Part shown: positions 15,901-24,023 of the stretch, one piece after another
How positions within the stretch are numbered: position 1 is the first letter of the stretch
Layout: each line of letters opens with the position of its first letter
The notes under the pieces: model-generated
Seen by the model: only the letters and a program-made list of their open reading frames with translations
Databases searched by the model: none
Told to the model about the DNA's origin: nothing
Translations under genes and position numbers: made by a program
NCBI GenBank assembly: GCA_036391685.1
Contig: DASVZK010000049.1
Span: 1 to 32,000 of the forward strand
Direction: 5' to 3'
DNA: 32,000 bases
From: Ktedonobacterales bacterium
Lineage (GTDB): Bacteria > Chloroflexota > Ktedonobacteria > Ktedonobacterales > JADMIN01

Positions 15901-17705
15901 ATCTGGCCAACGCCGAGGAGCTGGAGATCAAGATGGCGCAGGGCTCCAAGCCTGGCGAGGGCGGCCAGATCCCGGCGCGCAAAGTCACGGGGCTGATCGC
16001 GCGTTTGCGCCACACCATGCCGGGCGTCGCCCTCATCTCGCCGCCACCCCACCACGACATCTACAGCATCGAAGACCTCGCCCAGCTGATCTATGACCTG
16101 AAGCAGGTCAACCCGCGCGCGGCCATTGGCGTGAAGCTGGTCGCAGGGCGCGGCGTAGGGGCGATCGCGGCTGGCGTCGCCAAGGCCCATGCCGACTATA
16201 TCCTCATCAGCGGCCACGACGGCGGCACGGGCGCTTCGCCGCTCAGCTCTATCAAACACGCGGGCGCGCCGTGGGAGCTTGGCCTGGCGGAGACGCAGCA
16301 GACCCTGCGCATGAATGGCCTGCGCGGGCGAGTGCGCTTGCGGGTAGATGGCGGCTTCAAGACGGGGCGCGACGTGGTGATCGGCGCGCTACTGGGCGCG
16401 GAGGAGTATGGTTTCGGCACGGCGGCGCTGGTGGCGTTGGGCTGCGACATGGCCCGCCAGTGCCACCTCGACACCTGCCCGGCCGGCATCGCGACCCAGC
16501 GCGAGGACTTGCGGGCGCGCTTCGATGGCCAGCCTGCCCACCTCGTTCGCTTCCTGCTTGGCGTCGCCAGCGAGGCGCGGGAGATCCTCGCCTCGCTGGG
16601 CGCGCGCTCGCTGGATGAGATTCTCGGGCGGCCCGACCTGCTCGCCGGTCGCGACGACCTGGCGGATTCGCTGGCGCTTCCCGCCGCGCGTGCGACGCGC
16701 TCGCTCACTGCGCTGCTCGCGCCGGGTCCGGATGACCAGCCGCGGCGCTGGACGCCTGTTGCGCCACCTGTCAGCGCGCGCGCCGGTGGCGGCGACCGTG
16801 AGCGGCGGCTGCTGGAGGATGCGCTGCCGCTGCTGGAGCGCGGCGGAACGGTTCTGTTACAGGAACCTGCGCGCAACCGCGACCGGACAGTGGGCGCGGC
16901 GCTAGCGGGCGAGATCGCGCGGCGCTGGGGCGACGGCGGCCTGCCCAGCGGCAATATCACCTGTGTCTACACCGGCAGCGCTGGGCAGAGCTTCGGCGCA
17001 TTCCTGGTTCCCGGCCTGCGTCTGATGCTGGAGGGCGACGCCAACGACTACGTAGGCAAGGGCATGACTGGCGGCGAGTTGATCCTTCTGCCGTCGCCGC
17101 GCGCCAGCTTCACTGCGCACGAGCAGACGATCCTCGGCAACACCGCGCTCTACGGCGCGACCGGCGGCACACTGCTGGCGCGTGGCCGCGCGGGCGAGCG
17201 CTTCGCCGTGCGCAACAGCGGCGCGGTCGCGGTGGTCGAGGGCGCCGGCGACCATGCTTGCGAGTACATGACTGGTGGCGTGGTGGCTGTGCTGGGCGAG
17301 GTGGGACGCAATTTCGCGGCGGGCATGTCTGGTGGTGTAGCGTATGTCTACGACGAGCGTGGCGAGTTCCTGCGGCGCGTGAACCATGAGCTGGTCGCGG
17401 TCGAGCGGCTGAGCGGCGGGGACAGCGCGGAGATCGAGCTGATCGCCGCGCTGATCGAGAGCCATGCCGCGCTGACACACAGTGACCGCGCGGCCTCGCT
17501 GCTGGCCCGCTGGCCCGCGACGTTGCTCCGGTTGTGGCGTGTCGCCCCGCGCGCCCAGGAGAGCGCTAACCACCCGCGCGAGGTCGCCCTGCGCTACGCC
17601 GGAGACAGCCTGACGCGCGCGCCCAGCCCGCTCGTCGCGCCGCTCTCTCGCGGCGGCAGCCACTGGCGCGAGAAGGTCGCCGCACGCGGCGCGCTCGGCC
17701 GCTGA
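12939..17705 (+). CDS. gltB: Glutamate synthase large subunit (GltB; NADPH- or ferredoxin-dependent not resolved)
   Basis: Amidotransferase N-terminus LYDPAFERDACGTGFVA (catalytic Cys after a propeptide), FMN/Fe-S central domain and a C-terminal GXGXG beta-helix domain. ATG at 12939 with AGGAAAGAGG SD. The upstream extension to 12738 is Arg-rich with no homology. Confidence 0.95.
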   Translation: MAQGHHGGQASGDAHQRREQSITSSVTPQTRRDYPLYDPAFERDACGTGFVANISGARDHRILERALEALRNLAHRGAMDASAEASDGVGVLTQIPLGLLNRWLAGRGLTRGAEGALAAGMVFLPRDDDPAARARMALDDALTRRGARVLAWRVVPTSDEAIGERARRVRPRIEQPLALRPDGMGGDAFERLLYLARKEAEARWREDGLMDAYVASLSARTMVYKGLLTAETLPRFYPDLLDPDYTSALALFHQRYSTNTFPSWRLAQPMRLLAHNGEINTIQGNRNWMTAREGELEDGWGAEARWLRPVIEPEGSDSTSLDNALELLTRSGRTLGHALTLLAPPAWETRDDLEPRTRAFFAAQAPVIEPWDGPAALVFSDGAYVGAALDRNGLRPLRYARDADGLLVVASETGVIPLDEARVLARGRLGPGQMLRLDTATGQLALDSDVKEALATRRPYADWERRHIVTAPTSRATRATGAEPRAATPEALLPRQALHGYTHEDIELILRPAITGGQEAVWSMGDDAPPAVFSSQPQRLAAYFRQRFAQVTNPPIDSLRERLVMSLTTYLGSRPALLADTEPEDILLRLESPLLDEAALRQVISAARTHGLPVSRLSMAYQPAEDGADGAGALAAALDALDTRALDAVRAGARMVILSDHDVAEGEAVITAPLAVSAVHQALGRMGLRARVGLVAETGGVWDTHALALLIGFGANAVCPYLALETARALAGTRGLEELAPGEAALNLRRALEKGLLKILARMGLSTLESYLGAGLFEATGLAPDLIARYFPGVSATLDGLDLAGIDQRARACRDDAARLDAILAPDDAGDSAVAALRQRLADRGFVRFRRNAEYHSANPVVVKALQQAARSDDPDAYRRYAEQVHARPPAAIRDALAFRPARAIPIDEVEPAASIARRFVGSAMSLGSLSPETHQAVTLAFNMLGARSNTGEGGEDPARFRAVVDGVPANSRVKQVASGRFGVTAAYLANAEELEIKMAQGSKPGEGGQIPARKVTGLIARLRHTMPGVALISPPPHHDIYSIEDLAQLIYDLKQVNPRAAIGVKLVAGRGVGAIAAGVAKAHADYILISGHDGGTGASPLSSIKHAGAPWELGLAETQQTLRMNGLRGRVRLRVDGGFKTGRDVVIGALLGAEEYGFGTAALVALGCDMARQCHLDTCPAGIATQREDLRARFDGQPAHLVRFLLGVASEAREILASLGARSLDEILGRPDLLAGRDDLADSLALPAARATRSLTALLAPGPDDQPRRWTPVAPPVSARAGGGDRERRLLEDALPLLERGGTVLLQEPARNRDRTVGAALAGEIARRWGDGGLPSGNITCVYTGSAGQSFGAFLVPGLRLMLEGDANDYVGKGMTGGELILLPSPRASFTAHEQTILGNTALYGATGGTLLARGRAGERFAVRNSGAVAVVEGAGDHACEYMTGGVVAVLGEVGRNFAAGMSGGVAYVYDERGEFLRRVNHELVAVERLSGGDSAEIELIAALIESHAALTHSDRAASLLARWPATLLRLWRVAPRAQESANHPREVALRYAGDSLTRAPSPLVAPLSRGGSHWREKVAARGALGR

Positions 17706-18136
17706 CACGCGCCCCCGCGGCGCGGCGCCCAGCCAGGCCGATTGGGCAGGCGGGTGGACGACCAGCCTACGTCGCGGGGTTAGTCATTCATCGGCATCGA
17801 AGGTGTGGTCTGCTCGCAGACCACCGGCGGACAGCTACGCGCCAGGTTTGGTTGCGCTCAACTCTGCCAGTGGCGTGGTCACCTGGGCGAAGACGCTCAA
17901 TCCATCCGCGTGAGTGGCGTGATGTGCGGTGTGAGACCAGCGTCGTCTCCAGCCGCGCCACCGGCTGACGCTATGTGACGGTCACGGTCGCCTGAGGCGC
18001 CTCAGCTGTTCCACGCCCGCCTTTTCCTGCGAGAGGGCGGGTGCGCTTTGTCTCGTAAGACTCGCGCGGCGCATGCGTCTTTTCCGTGGATTTGGCGTCT
18101 CCAGAGAGGAGGTGTTACATCTCGCACGGGTTGTGA

Positions 18137-18871
18137 GTGTTAGTGGTGTACATGACACTACACCCGCCCGGCGCTGGACGGCGCGGCGGACGCGGGATGG
18201 AAAGCGGGGTCCGGCATATGGCGCAGGTTTGGATAGGGCAGCCCGCGCGAACAGGCCACCGGCTGCGCGACTGGGCGTCCGGCTGGCTGGCGGGGCTCTT
18301 CGCGCTGGCCGACGCCGGCGCGCATGCGGAGCGCGGCGCGCGACACGAACGGGGGCGCGCCGTCAGCGCCGCTCCGCCACCGTCATACGACGCGTTCGTG
18401 CATGAGCACGAACGCGCGATCCTCAACTACCTCTGGCGGATGACAGGCGACGAGCAGGGCGCCTATGACCTGACACAGGAAGTCTTCGTGCGCGCGTGGA
18501 AGCGCTTCGCCCAGGTGCGGGAATACGAAGACCCGCGCGGCTGGCTCTTCCGGGTGGCGACAAACCTCGCCCTCTCCGCGATTTCCCGTCGCCGGGTAAA
18601 GAGTGAGGTCGCGCTCGGCGAGCTCGACCCGGCCTCCAGCGATCCCGCCGGACGCCTGGCGGAGCGCGACCAGGTGCGCGCGACGCTGCTCCAACTCAAT
18701 CCCCAGCGGCGGGCGGCCCTGTGCCTACGCGAGGTCTACGGCCTCAGCTGCGCCGAAGTGGCGAAGGCGCTTGGAATCTCCGGGCCCGCGGCGCGCATGA
18801 CGCTGAGCCGCGCGCGTGAGCAGTTCCGCGACCTCTATCTGCGCGAGGAGGGTGATCGACATGACGCGTGA
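18137..18871 (+). CDS. ECF-type RNA polymerase sigma factor (start codon uncertain)
   Basis: Region 2 ERAILNYLWRMTGDEQGAYDLTQEVFVRAW...RGWLFRVATNLA and region 4 RRAALCLREVYGLSCAEVAKALGISGPAARMTLSRAR. Candidate starts are 18137 (GTG), 18152, 18197 and 18218. Confidence 0.85.
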   Translation: MLVVYMTLHPPGAGRRGGRGMESGVRHMAQVWIGQPARTGHRLRDWASGWLAGLFALADAGAHAERGARHERGRAVSAAPPPSYDAFVHEHERAILNYLWRMTGDEQGAYDLTQEVFVRAWKRFAQVREYEDPRGWLFRVATNLALSAISRRRVKSEVALGELDPASSDPAGRLAERDQVRATLLQLNPQRRAALCLREVYGLSCAEVAKALGISGPAARMTLSRAREQFRDLYLREEGDRHDA

Positions 18872-20444
18872 GACGCTCGTGTGCCAGGCGAACATCGCGC
18901 TCGACACCCTTTCCGCCCTGCGCGATGCGGCGCTCCCAGCGGCGGAGGCGCAGCGGCTGCGCGCCCACATTCCGACCTGCGCCGCCTGCCAGGCCCGCCT
19001 TGCGGACTTCGAGGCGGTAGCCAGCGCCCTGCGCTCCCAACGCGAGCTCAACCCCGGCGACCGCATCTTGAATGGCGCGCACGCAAGGATTGCCGGACGG
19101 AGCGCCCCGTCCTTTCACGGCATGAGGATGTTGGACATGACCAATAAAAGGCGGTTGTGGGCGGGGTTGGCGGCGCTGGCCCCAGCCGCGGCGATCATCC
19201 TGCTCTTCGTCTATGTCTTCACCGGCATCGGCCACCAGTCGCGCCTTGCGACCACGCCGACCCCGAACAAGACACTTGTCCCGACGACGACTCCCAGCGT
19301 CGTGCAGGTTCCTACCTTCACGCCGTCTGTCCCGGCGGAGCAAGCCTGGCGCTCGTTCAAGCCGGCGATTGACGTCACCTTCAAGCCAAGCGGGACGACG
19401 GAGTTCATCCCTGATGTCTTCTCGTCCGACCTCACGTCGATTGGCGGTGTGCTATTCGATGCCGCGAACAGTGGACCCCAACCGGCGCAACTGGCGTACT
19501 ACACCATTGCTACCGGCCAGATCACCAAACTCAGCCCCACCTGGAATGGCTACACTGGCCCCTGGGGCGGCATGCTGGCGATGGATAGCCGCTACATCGT
19601 CTACACCTACAACAGCCAGCCCGGTGGGACCTGCGGCGTCTGCCACAATACCCTTTGGTCGCTGGACCGCGCGACCGGCAAGACCTGGAATTTCAACGCC
19701 AATGCGGGTGGCGATGAGACGGAACTTGTCAGCGCCGATCACGTGGTCTTCGCCAGCGTGACTGGACAGGTCTGGGTGGCGGATCTCGTGGCGCATACGG
19801 TGAAGGTCGCGCTCCCTATCGGTTCGCAGCCATATGGCCCATCATCGCAAGTCACAGCCGATGAGCGGCTGCTCGGCTTCCAGTGGCCGTACCTGATGTA
19901 CGCCGAGACGTCTGCCACCACGCCGAACGCGCAGCAACCGCCCACGACGCTCAACATCCTCGATCTGGCCACTGGAGTGAGCACGCCCATACAGACGACG
20001 ATGCGTGACCAGAGCGGCAATCCCGTTGACCCCAACACAGTCGGGACGCTCGCTCTCGTTGGGACGACGTTATATGCCCAGGTAGGCGCGGGGCTCAACG
20101 GCGTGGATGCGCATGGCAAGCCAGTCAATCTCAACTATGGCTCACTGTATCGTCTGGATAGCGCCTTCACGCCTGGAAACAAGTTCATCGCCGTCGCCTT
20201 CTGGCCGTATAGTGACAAGAATCTCTCGGCGACCATGGTCGCCACACGCCACCTGATTTGGCTCGGCTCAGGCTACTTCTGGGACAACGCGGAGCTACGG
20301 CTTGTCTCGACCTCGCTGACCAGCGCCGATCTGGTTGGCGCCGACATCGTCACGTTTGAAGAGCAGCAGCCCGGCGCGCCGCTCCAGACCTACCATGTCC
20401 TCGCGTACGATACGTCGGCTTTCCCCACCCCGCCTGGCTGGTAG
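18861..20444 (+). CDS. Membrane-anchored ZAS-type anti-sigma factor with a large extracytoplasmic domain
   Basis: ATG at 18861 overlaps the sigma stop, with GAGGAGGG SD. H-x3-C-x2-C motif HIPTCAACQ. Single TM helix LWAGLAALAPAAAIILLFVYVF. An extracytoplasmic domain of about 390 aa, rich in beta-strand-like repeats. Confidence 0.75.
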   Translation: MTRETLVCQANIALDTLSALRDAALPAAEAQRLRAHIPTCAACQARLADFEAVASALRSQRELNPGDRILNGAHARIAGRSAPSFHGMRMLDMTNKRRLWAGLAALAPAAAIILLFVYVFTGIGHQSRLATTPTPNKTLVPTTTPSVVQVPTFTPSVPAEQAWRSFKPAIDVTFKPSGTTEFIPDVFSSDLTSIGGVLFDAANSGPQPAQLAYYTIATGQITKLSPTWNGYTGPWGGMLAMDSRYIVYTYNSQPGGTCGVCHNTLWSLDRATGKTWNFNANAGGDETELVSADHVVFASVTGQVWVADLVAHTVKVALPIGSQPYGPSSQVTADERLLGFQWPYLMYAETSATTPNAQQPPTTLNILDLATGVSTPIQTTMRDQSGNPVDPNTVGTLALVGTTLYAQVGAGLNGVDAHGKPVNLNYGSLYRLDSAFTPGNKFIAVAFWPYSDKNLSATMVATRHLIWLGSGYFWDNAELRLVSTSLTSADLVGADIVTFEEQQPGAPLQTYHVLAYDTSAFPTPPGW

Positions 20445-20473
20445 GTGGTGGAGCGGGCGCCAGGGCGCGACGA

Positions 20474-20515
20474 GGCCGGATGTGTGGCAAGGACGCCATA
20501 CACCCGGCCTTTTCC
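20474..20515 (+). terminator. Intrinsic terminator after the anti-sigma gene
   Basis: 15-position stem GGCCGGATGTGTGGC / GCCATACACCCGGCC (1 mismatch, 1 G.U), loop AAGGAC, then TTTTCC. Confidence 0.55.
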
Positions 20516-20548
20516 TTACGCCACAATGCGCGCAGGGAAGAGATACCG

Positions 20549-21865
20549 CTAGCCAGCTGATGTGGGGCGCTCACCGAGAGTAACGGTAACAGTATTGGAG
20601 GCGGAGCCACGGACGTAGGTGATGGTGACTTTCGTGCCGGGGGACAAAGGCAGCAGGATCGAGGCGAGGTCGCTGTTGCCTGCGACGGTTTGGCCGTTGA
20701 CGCCGGTGATGATGTCGCCTTGCTGCAGACCCGCTTGCTGCGCCGGGCTGGCGCCGCTGGCGGAGTTGGCGAAATCGGTGATCAGCACGCCAGATTGAGC
20801 GCCCAGGTTATAGGCCGAGGCGATCTGCGGTGTCACGTCCTCGCCGCGAATGCCGAGGAAGCCCTGGCCGGAGTTCTGCAAGTGGCCATACTTGATCAGC
20901 TGGTCCATGACGAACTGCACGCGGTTGGAGGGGATGGCGAAGCCAATCCCGCTCGCCGTGCCGCCACTGTTGGGGTCCACAGCGCCGAGCGTGGGCATGC
21001 CGATTAGCTTGCCCGTCAGGTCGACCAGCGCCCCGCCGCTATTGCCAGGGTTGATCGGCGCGCTAGTCTGGATCAGACCAGTCAGCTCTCCCGCCGGGCC
21101 GCTAGGCGCCTCGCTGGCGCTGCGGTTCAGCGCGCTCACGATGCCGAACGTCGCAGACTGCTGCAGGCCCAGCGGCGAGCCGAGCGCGACCGCGAATTGG
21201 CCCACGACTACCTTGCTTGAATCACCGAAGGAGATCGCGCGCAGGCCGGTTACATTGATCTTGATGACCGCCAGATCGTCCTGCGCTGACTCTCCGGTCA
21301 CTTGCGCCGGATAGGTCTTGCCATTGGAGAGCAGGACCGAATACTGCGAGAACCCCGTCACCACGTGGTCGTTGGTGACGATGTACGTGCCGCTGCTATC
21401 GCTCTTCACGATCTCGCCGGAGCCGATGCCTGAGCCCTGCGCGCCTGTTGACTGCACCTGCGCCACCGACGGCTGTGTCACGCTAATGACATTGATCACC
21501 TGCTGCTGCAGGTCTTTCGCGGCGGCTGGCAAGGCCAGCGTAGGCGAATTGGAGCCGCTCGCGGTGGCCGTGGGGGATGCGCCGGAGGACCTGCCACGCG
21601 CCAGTCCGAAGCCCATGCCCAGTCCGCCGAGCAGCAGCACAACCGCCAGCAGCGCCGCCAGCCACGGCGACATGCGCAGCGTCACTGCTCGCCCAGCGGG
21701 TCGTTCCTGGGGTGGGTAAGGCGGATAGCCTGGCGAGGTCTGCGGTTGATAGGGCTGCGGCGCGTACGGTGCGTAGCCCTGCGAGACAGTGATGGGTTCG
21801 CTGTACTCCTGGCGCTCACCTGAGCTTCCAGGCGTGGTGTTGGGTGTTGTATCTGGTGTCGTCAT
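20549..21865 (-). CDS. htrA: HtrA/DegP-family serine protease with PDZ domain, Pro-rich cytoplasmic N-terminus and one TM helix
   Basis: Catalytic triad contexts TNDHVV, DDLAVIK and GNSGGALVD. C-terminal PDZ segment (GVLITDF...LQQGDIITGVNG). ATG at 21865 with GAGGGAAGAG SD is preferred over the GTG at 21916. Confidence 0.9.
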   Translation of the reverse strand: MTTPDTTPNTTPGSSGERQEYSEPITVSQGYAPYAPQPYQPQTSPGYPPYPPQERPAGRAVTLRMSPWLAALLAVVLLLGGLGMGFGLARGRSSGASPTATASGSNSPTLALPAAAKDLQQQVINVISVTQPSVAQVQSTGAQGSGIGSGEIVKSDSSGTYIVTNDHVVTGFSQYSVLLSNGKTYPAQVTGESAQDDLAVIKINVTGLRAISFGDSSKVVVGQFAVALGSPLGLQQSATFGIVSALNRSASEAPSGPAGELTGLIQTSAPINPGNSGGALVDLTGKLIGMPTLGAVDPNSGGTASGIGFAIPSNRVQFVMDQLIKYGHLQNSGQGFLGIRGEDVTPQIASAYNLGAQSGVLITDFANSASGASPAQQAGLQQGDIITGVNGQTVAGNSDLASILLPLSPGTKVTITYVRGSASNTVTVTLGERPTSAG

Positions 21866-22048
21866 TGGCGTCACTCTTCCCTCTAGAAGCGTCGCCCGCT
21901 CGCCGGCAGCGAACACGCCTCTCTTAACGCTATACGCCCGTGGCGGGGCGCCTGTTGCGCCCCCAGCGGGCGCGAAAACGCTCCGTTAATCAGACCCACT
22001 AACGCTTCTCAGCGCATTGCAAGCTTTCCGGGCTCGCCGCACCTCCTC

Positions 22049-22110
22049 TTGACAGAACGGCTCGAAATGGCTACTCTATCGATTGATGATATATCGATAA
22101 CTGATATAGT
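22049..22110 (+). promoter_or_regulatory. Candidate promoter plus AT-rich palindromic operator upstream of the PadR operon
   Basis: TTGACA (22049-22054), 17-nt spacer, TACTCT (22072-22077). Overlapping inverted repeats TATCGAT (22077-22083)/ATCGATA (22093-22099) and ATATC (22091-22095)/GATAT (22103-22107), in an AT-rich island within GC-rich DNA. Confidence 0.4.
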
Positions 22111-22142
22111 TCGCCTGGTGAGACAGACCTGACGCGAGAGGA

Positions 22143-22544
22143 GTGACGCCAGTGGATGAGTTCTACCCGCAGGCGGGACATGCGCCGCTGACGCCTGCGG
22201 TCTTCCATATCCTGCTGGCGCTGGCGGGCGGTGAGCGTCACGGCTACGCCATCATGCAGGAAGTGCGGCGGCAAAGCGGCGGGCAGATGCGCCTGGGGCC
22301 TGGGACGCTCTACGGCTCGCTGCGCCGCCTGCTGGAGGAAGGACTGATCGAGGAGATGGATTCGCGTCCTGATCCGGCGCTGGATGACGAGCGCCGCCGC
22401 TACTACCGGCTGACACCGGAGGGCCGGCGCGCCGCGGAGACGGAGGCTGCGCGGCTGGACACGCTGGCGCGGGCGGCGCGCGCGCGCGGACTGTTGCCCC
22501 AGCCTCCAGGTGGCGAGCCCGCTGGAGTAGGAGGCGGTGCGTGA
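22143..22544 (+). CDS. PadR-family transcriptional regulator
   Basis: Winged-helix pattern FHILLALAGGERHGYAIMQEV...GTLYGSLRRLLEEGLIEE...RRRYYRLTPEGRR. The start may be the GTG at 22152, which has better spacing from the GAGAGGAG SD. Confidence 0.9.
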   Translation: MTPVDEFYPQAGHAPLTPAVFHILLALAGGERHGYAIMQEVRRQSGGQMRLGPGTLYGSLRRLLEEGLIEEMDSRPDPALDDERRRYYRLTPEGRRAAETEAARLDTLARAARARGLLPQPPGGEPAGVGGGA

Positions 22545-23875
22545 GCAGGGATGACTGGCCGCCAGGACGGCGCCAGAGTAGCCACTGGTCGCTCCCGATC
22601 TATGCGGCGCTGCTCCGGCTCTACCCGCCCACACTGCGGCGCGAGTACGGCGATGACATGCTCCAGGCTTTCCGAGACACGCTGCGCGAGGAGACACGCT
22701 GTCGCGGGCGGCGCGGAGCGCGGCGGGCATGGGCCATCGCGTTGGGTGACCTGGCGGCCAGCATGCCGGGCGAATGGTCACGCGAGCTGCGGCGTGGCTT
22801 GCCTGTCAGCCGCGCGCGGCGCTACGGCCTGTTACGGCGCACACGCCTGCCGGGAGGCGGCTGGCGGATCGAGGGCTGGCTGGGGAGCGCGCCCGCGCGA
22901 AGGCCGTTGCTGCTGATACCAGGGCGCCCCGCGCGGATGGTCGCGAATAGGGCGAGGAGGATGACGATGCAGGACCGGTTCGACAGGTTCACCGAGCAGG
23001 CGCGGCATGTCTTGCAGTTGGCGCAAGAAGAGGCGCAGAGCTTCAACCACAATTACATCGGAACCGAGCATCTGTTGCTCGGGCTGCTCCGTGAGGAGGA
23101 AGGGCTGGGCGCGCGGGCGCTGGTCAGCCTGGGCGTTGAGCTAGAGAAGGCGCGACATGCCGTCGAGCTCATCATCGGGCGTGGCGACCGCGTCATCCTG
23201 GGCGACATTGGCCTGACGCCGCGCGCGAAGAAGGTCGTCGAGCTGGCGGTGGATGAGGCCCGGCGCCTCGGCCAGCGCTATGTCGGGACCGAGCACCTGC
23301 TGCTTGGCCTCGTCCGCGAGGGTGAGGGTATCGCCGCGGGCGTGCTGGAGTCGCTGGGCGTCAGTCTGGAGACGGCTCGCGCCGAGGTGCAGAGGATGAT
23401 GGCGATGTCCGGCTCGGCGCCCACCATGCCTGCCACGTCCGCCGCGAGGGATCCGCTGCGCCTGGCGGTTCTCTACCTGGCGCTCGCCTGTCGCGACATA
23501 AACGCGACCGCCATGTTCTACGTCGAGGCGCTGGGCGCGAGCGTGGCGACGCCGAATGACTCCGCATCGCAGGGGCTGGCAGGTGGCGAGCGGCTGCTGC
23601 GCCTGCCCTTCGGCGGGGCGCGTGGCGGCGGGACACTGCTGGCGCTGCGCGCGGCCACCCCAGATGAGGCGGCTGTTACAGGGCCTGCCACGGGAGCTAT
23701 CGAGCTCCGAGTCATCGCCAGCGATATCGCTGGGTTGCATAGCGCGATCAAGGAGCGCGGGGCCGCCGGCCTGACCAATCTCGCCGAGATTCCCGGCGCG
23801 CCGAATATGCGCGCATTCACGCTGACCGACCCCGATGGGCGCGTCCTGCGCTTCCAGGGTATCTATCGCGCATAA
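22541..23875 (+). CDS. Three-part fusion: PadR-operon-associated N-terminal region, ClpC-type N-domain (two Clp_N repeats), VOC/glyoxalase-like C-terminal domain
   Basis: GTGA overlap with the padR stop. N-terminal YAALLRLYPPTLRREYGDDMLQAF. FDRFTEQARHVLQLAQEEAQSFNHNYIGTEHLLLGLLREEEG plus a second repeat closely resemble the ClpC/ClpC1 NTD. The C-terminus (YLALACRDINATAMFYVEALGA...AFTLTDPDGRVLRF) fits the VOC fold pattern. Confidence 0.8.
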   Translation: MSRDDWPPGRRQSSHWSLPIYAALLRLYPPTLRREYGDDMLQAFRDTLREETRCRGRRGARRAWAIALGDLAASMPGEWSRELRRGLPVSRARRYGLLRRTRLPGGGWRIEGWLGSAPARRPLLLIPGRPARMVANRARRMTMQDRFDRFTEQARHVLQLAQEEAQSFNHNYIGTEHLLLGLLREEEGLGARALVSLGVELEKARHAVELIIGRGDRVILGDIGLTPRAKKVVELAVDEARRLGQRYVGTEHLLLGLVREGEGIAAGVLESLGVSLETARAEVQRMMAMSGSAPTMPATSAARDPLRLAVLYLALACRDINATAMFYVEALGASVATPNDSASQGLAGGERLLRLPFGGARGGGTLLALRAATPDEAAVTGPATGAIELRVIASDIAGLHSAIKERGAAGLTNLAEIPGAPNMRAFTLTDPDGRVLRFQGIYRA

Positions 23876-24023
23876 CGCGCGCCGGCGCGAGCCTCGTGAT
23901 ACCCATCGGCCGTTCCCGTCATATACTGCCCAACACATCCAACACGTCATAAGAATGATAAGCGCTCTGGCCGCGCGGCGAGGCGCGGGCGCTGTCATGC
24001 TGTGGGGTGGGAGGCGAGGAACG

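Noticed and set aside
17975-18005. Adjacent palindromes GTGAC-G-GTCAC and CTGAGGCGCCTCAG, and the hairpin GTGGTCTG-CTCG-CAGACCAC at 17805-17824, in the gltB-sigma intergenic region
   Set aside because: Short GC-rich palindromes are expected by chance at this GC content. There is no adjacent U-tract, no recognisable ECF -35/-10 (GGAAC/CGTC) spacing, and no repeated occurrence, so no function can be supported.
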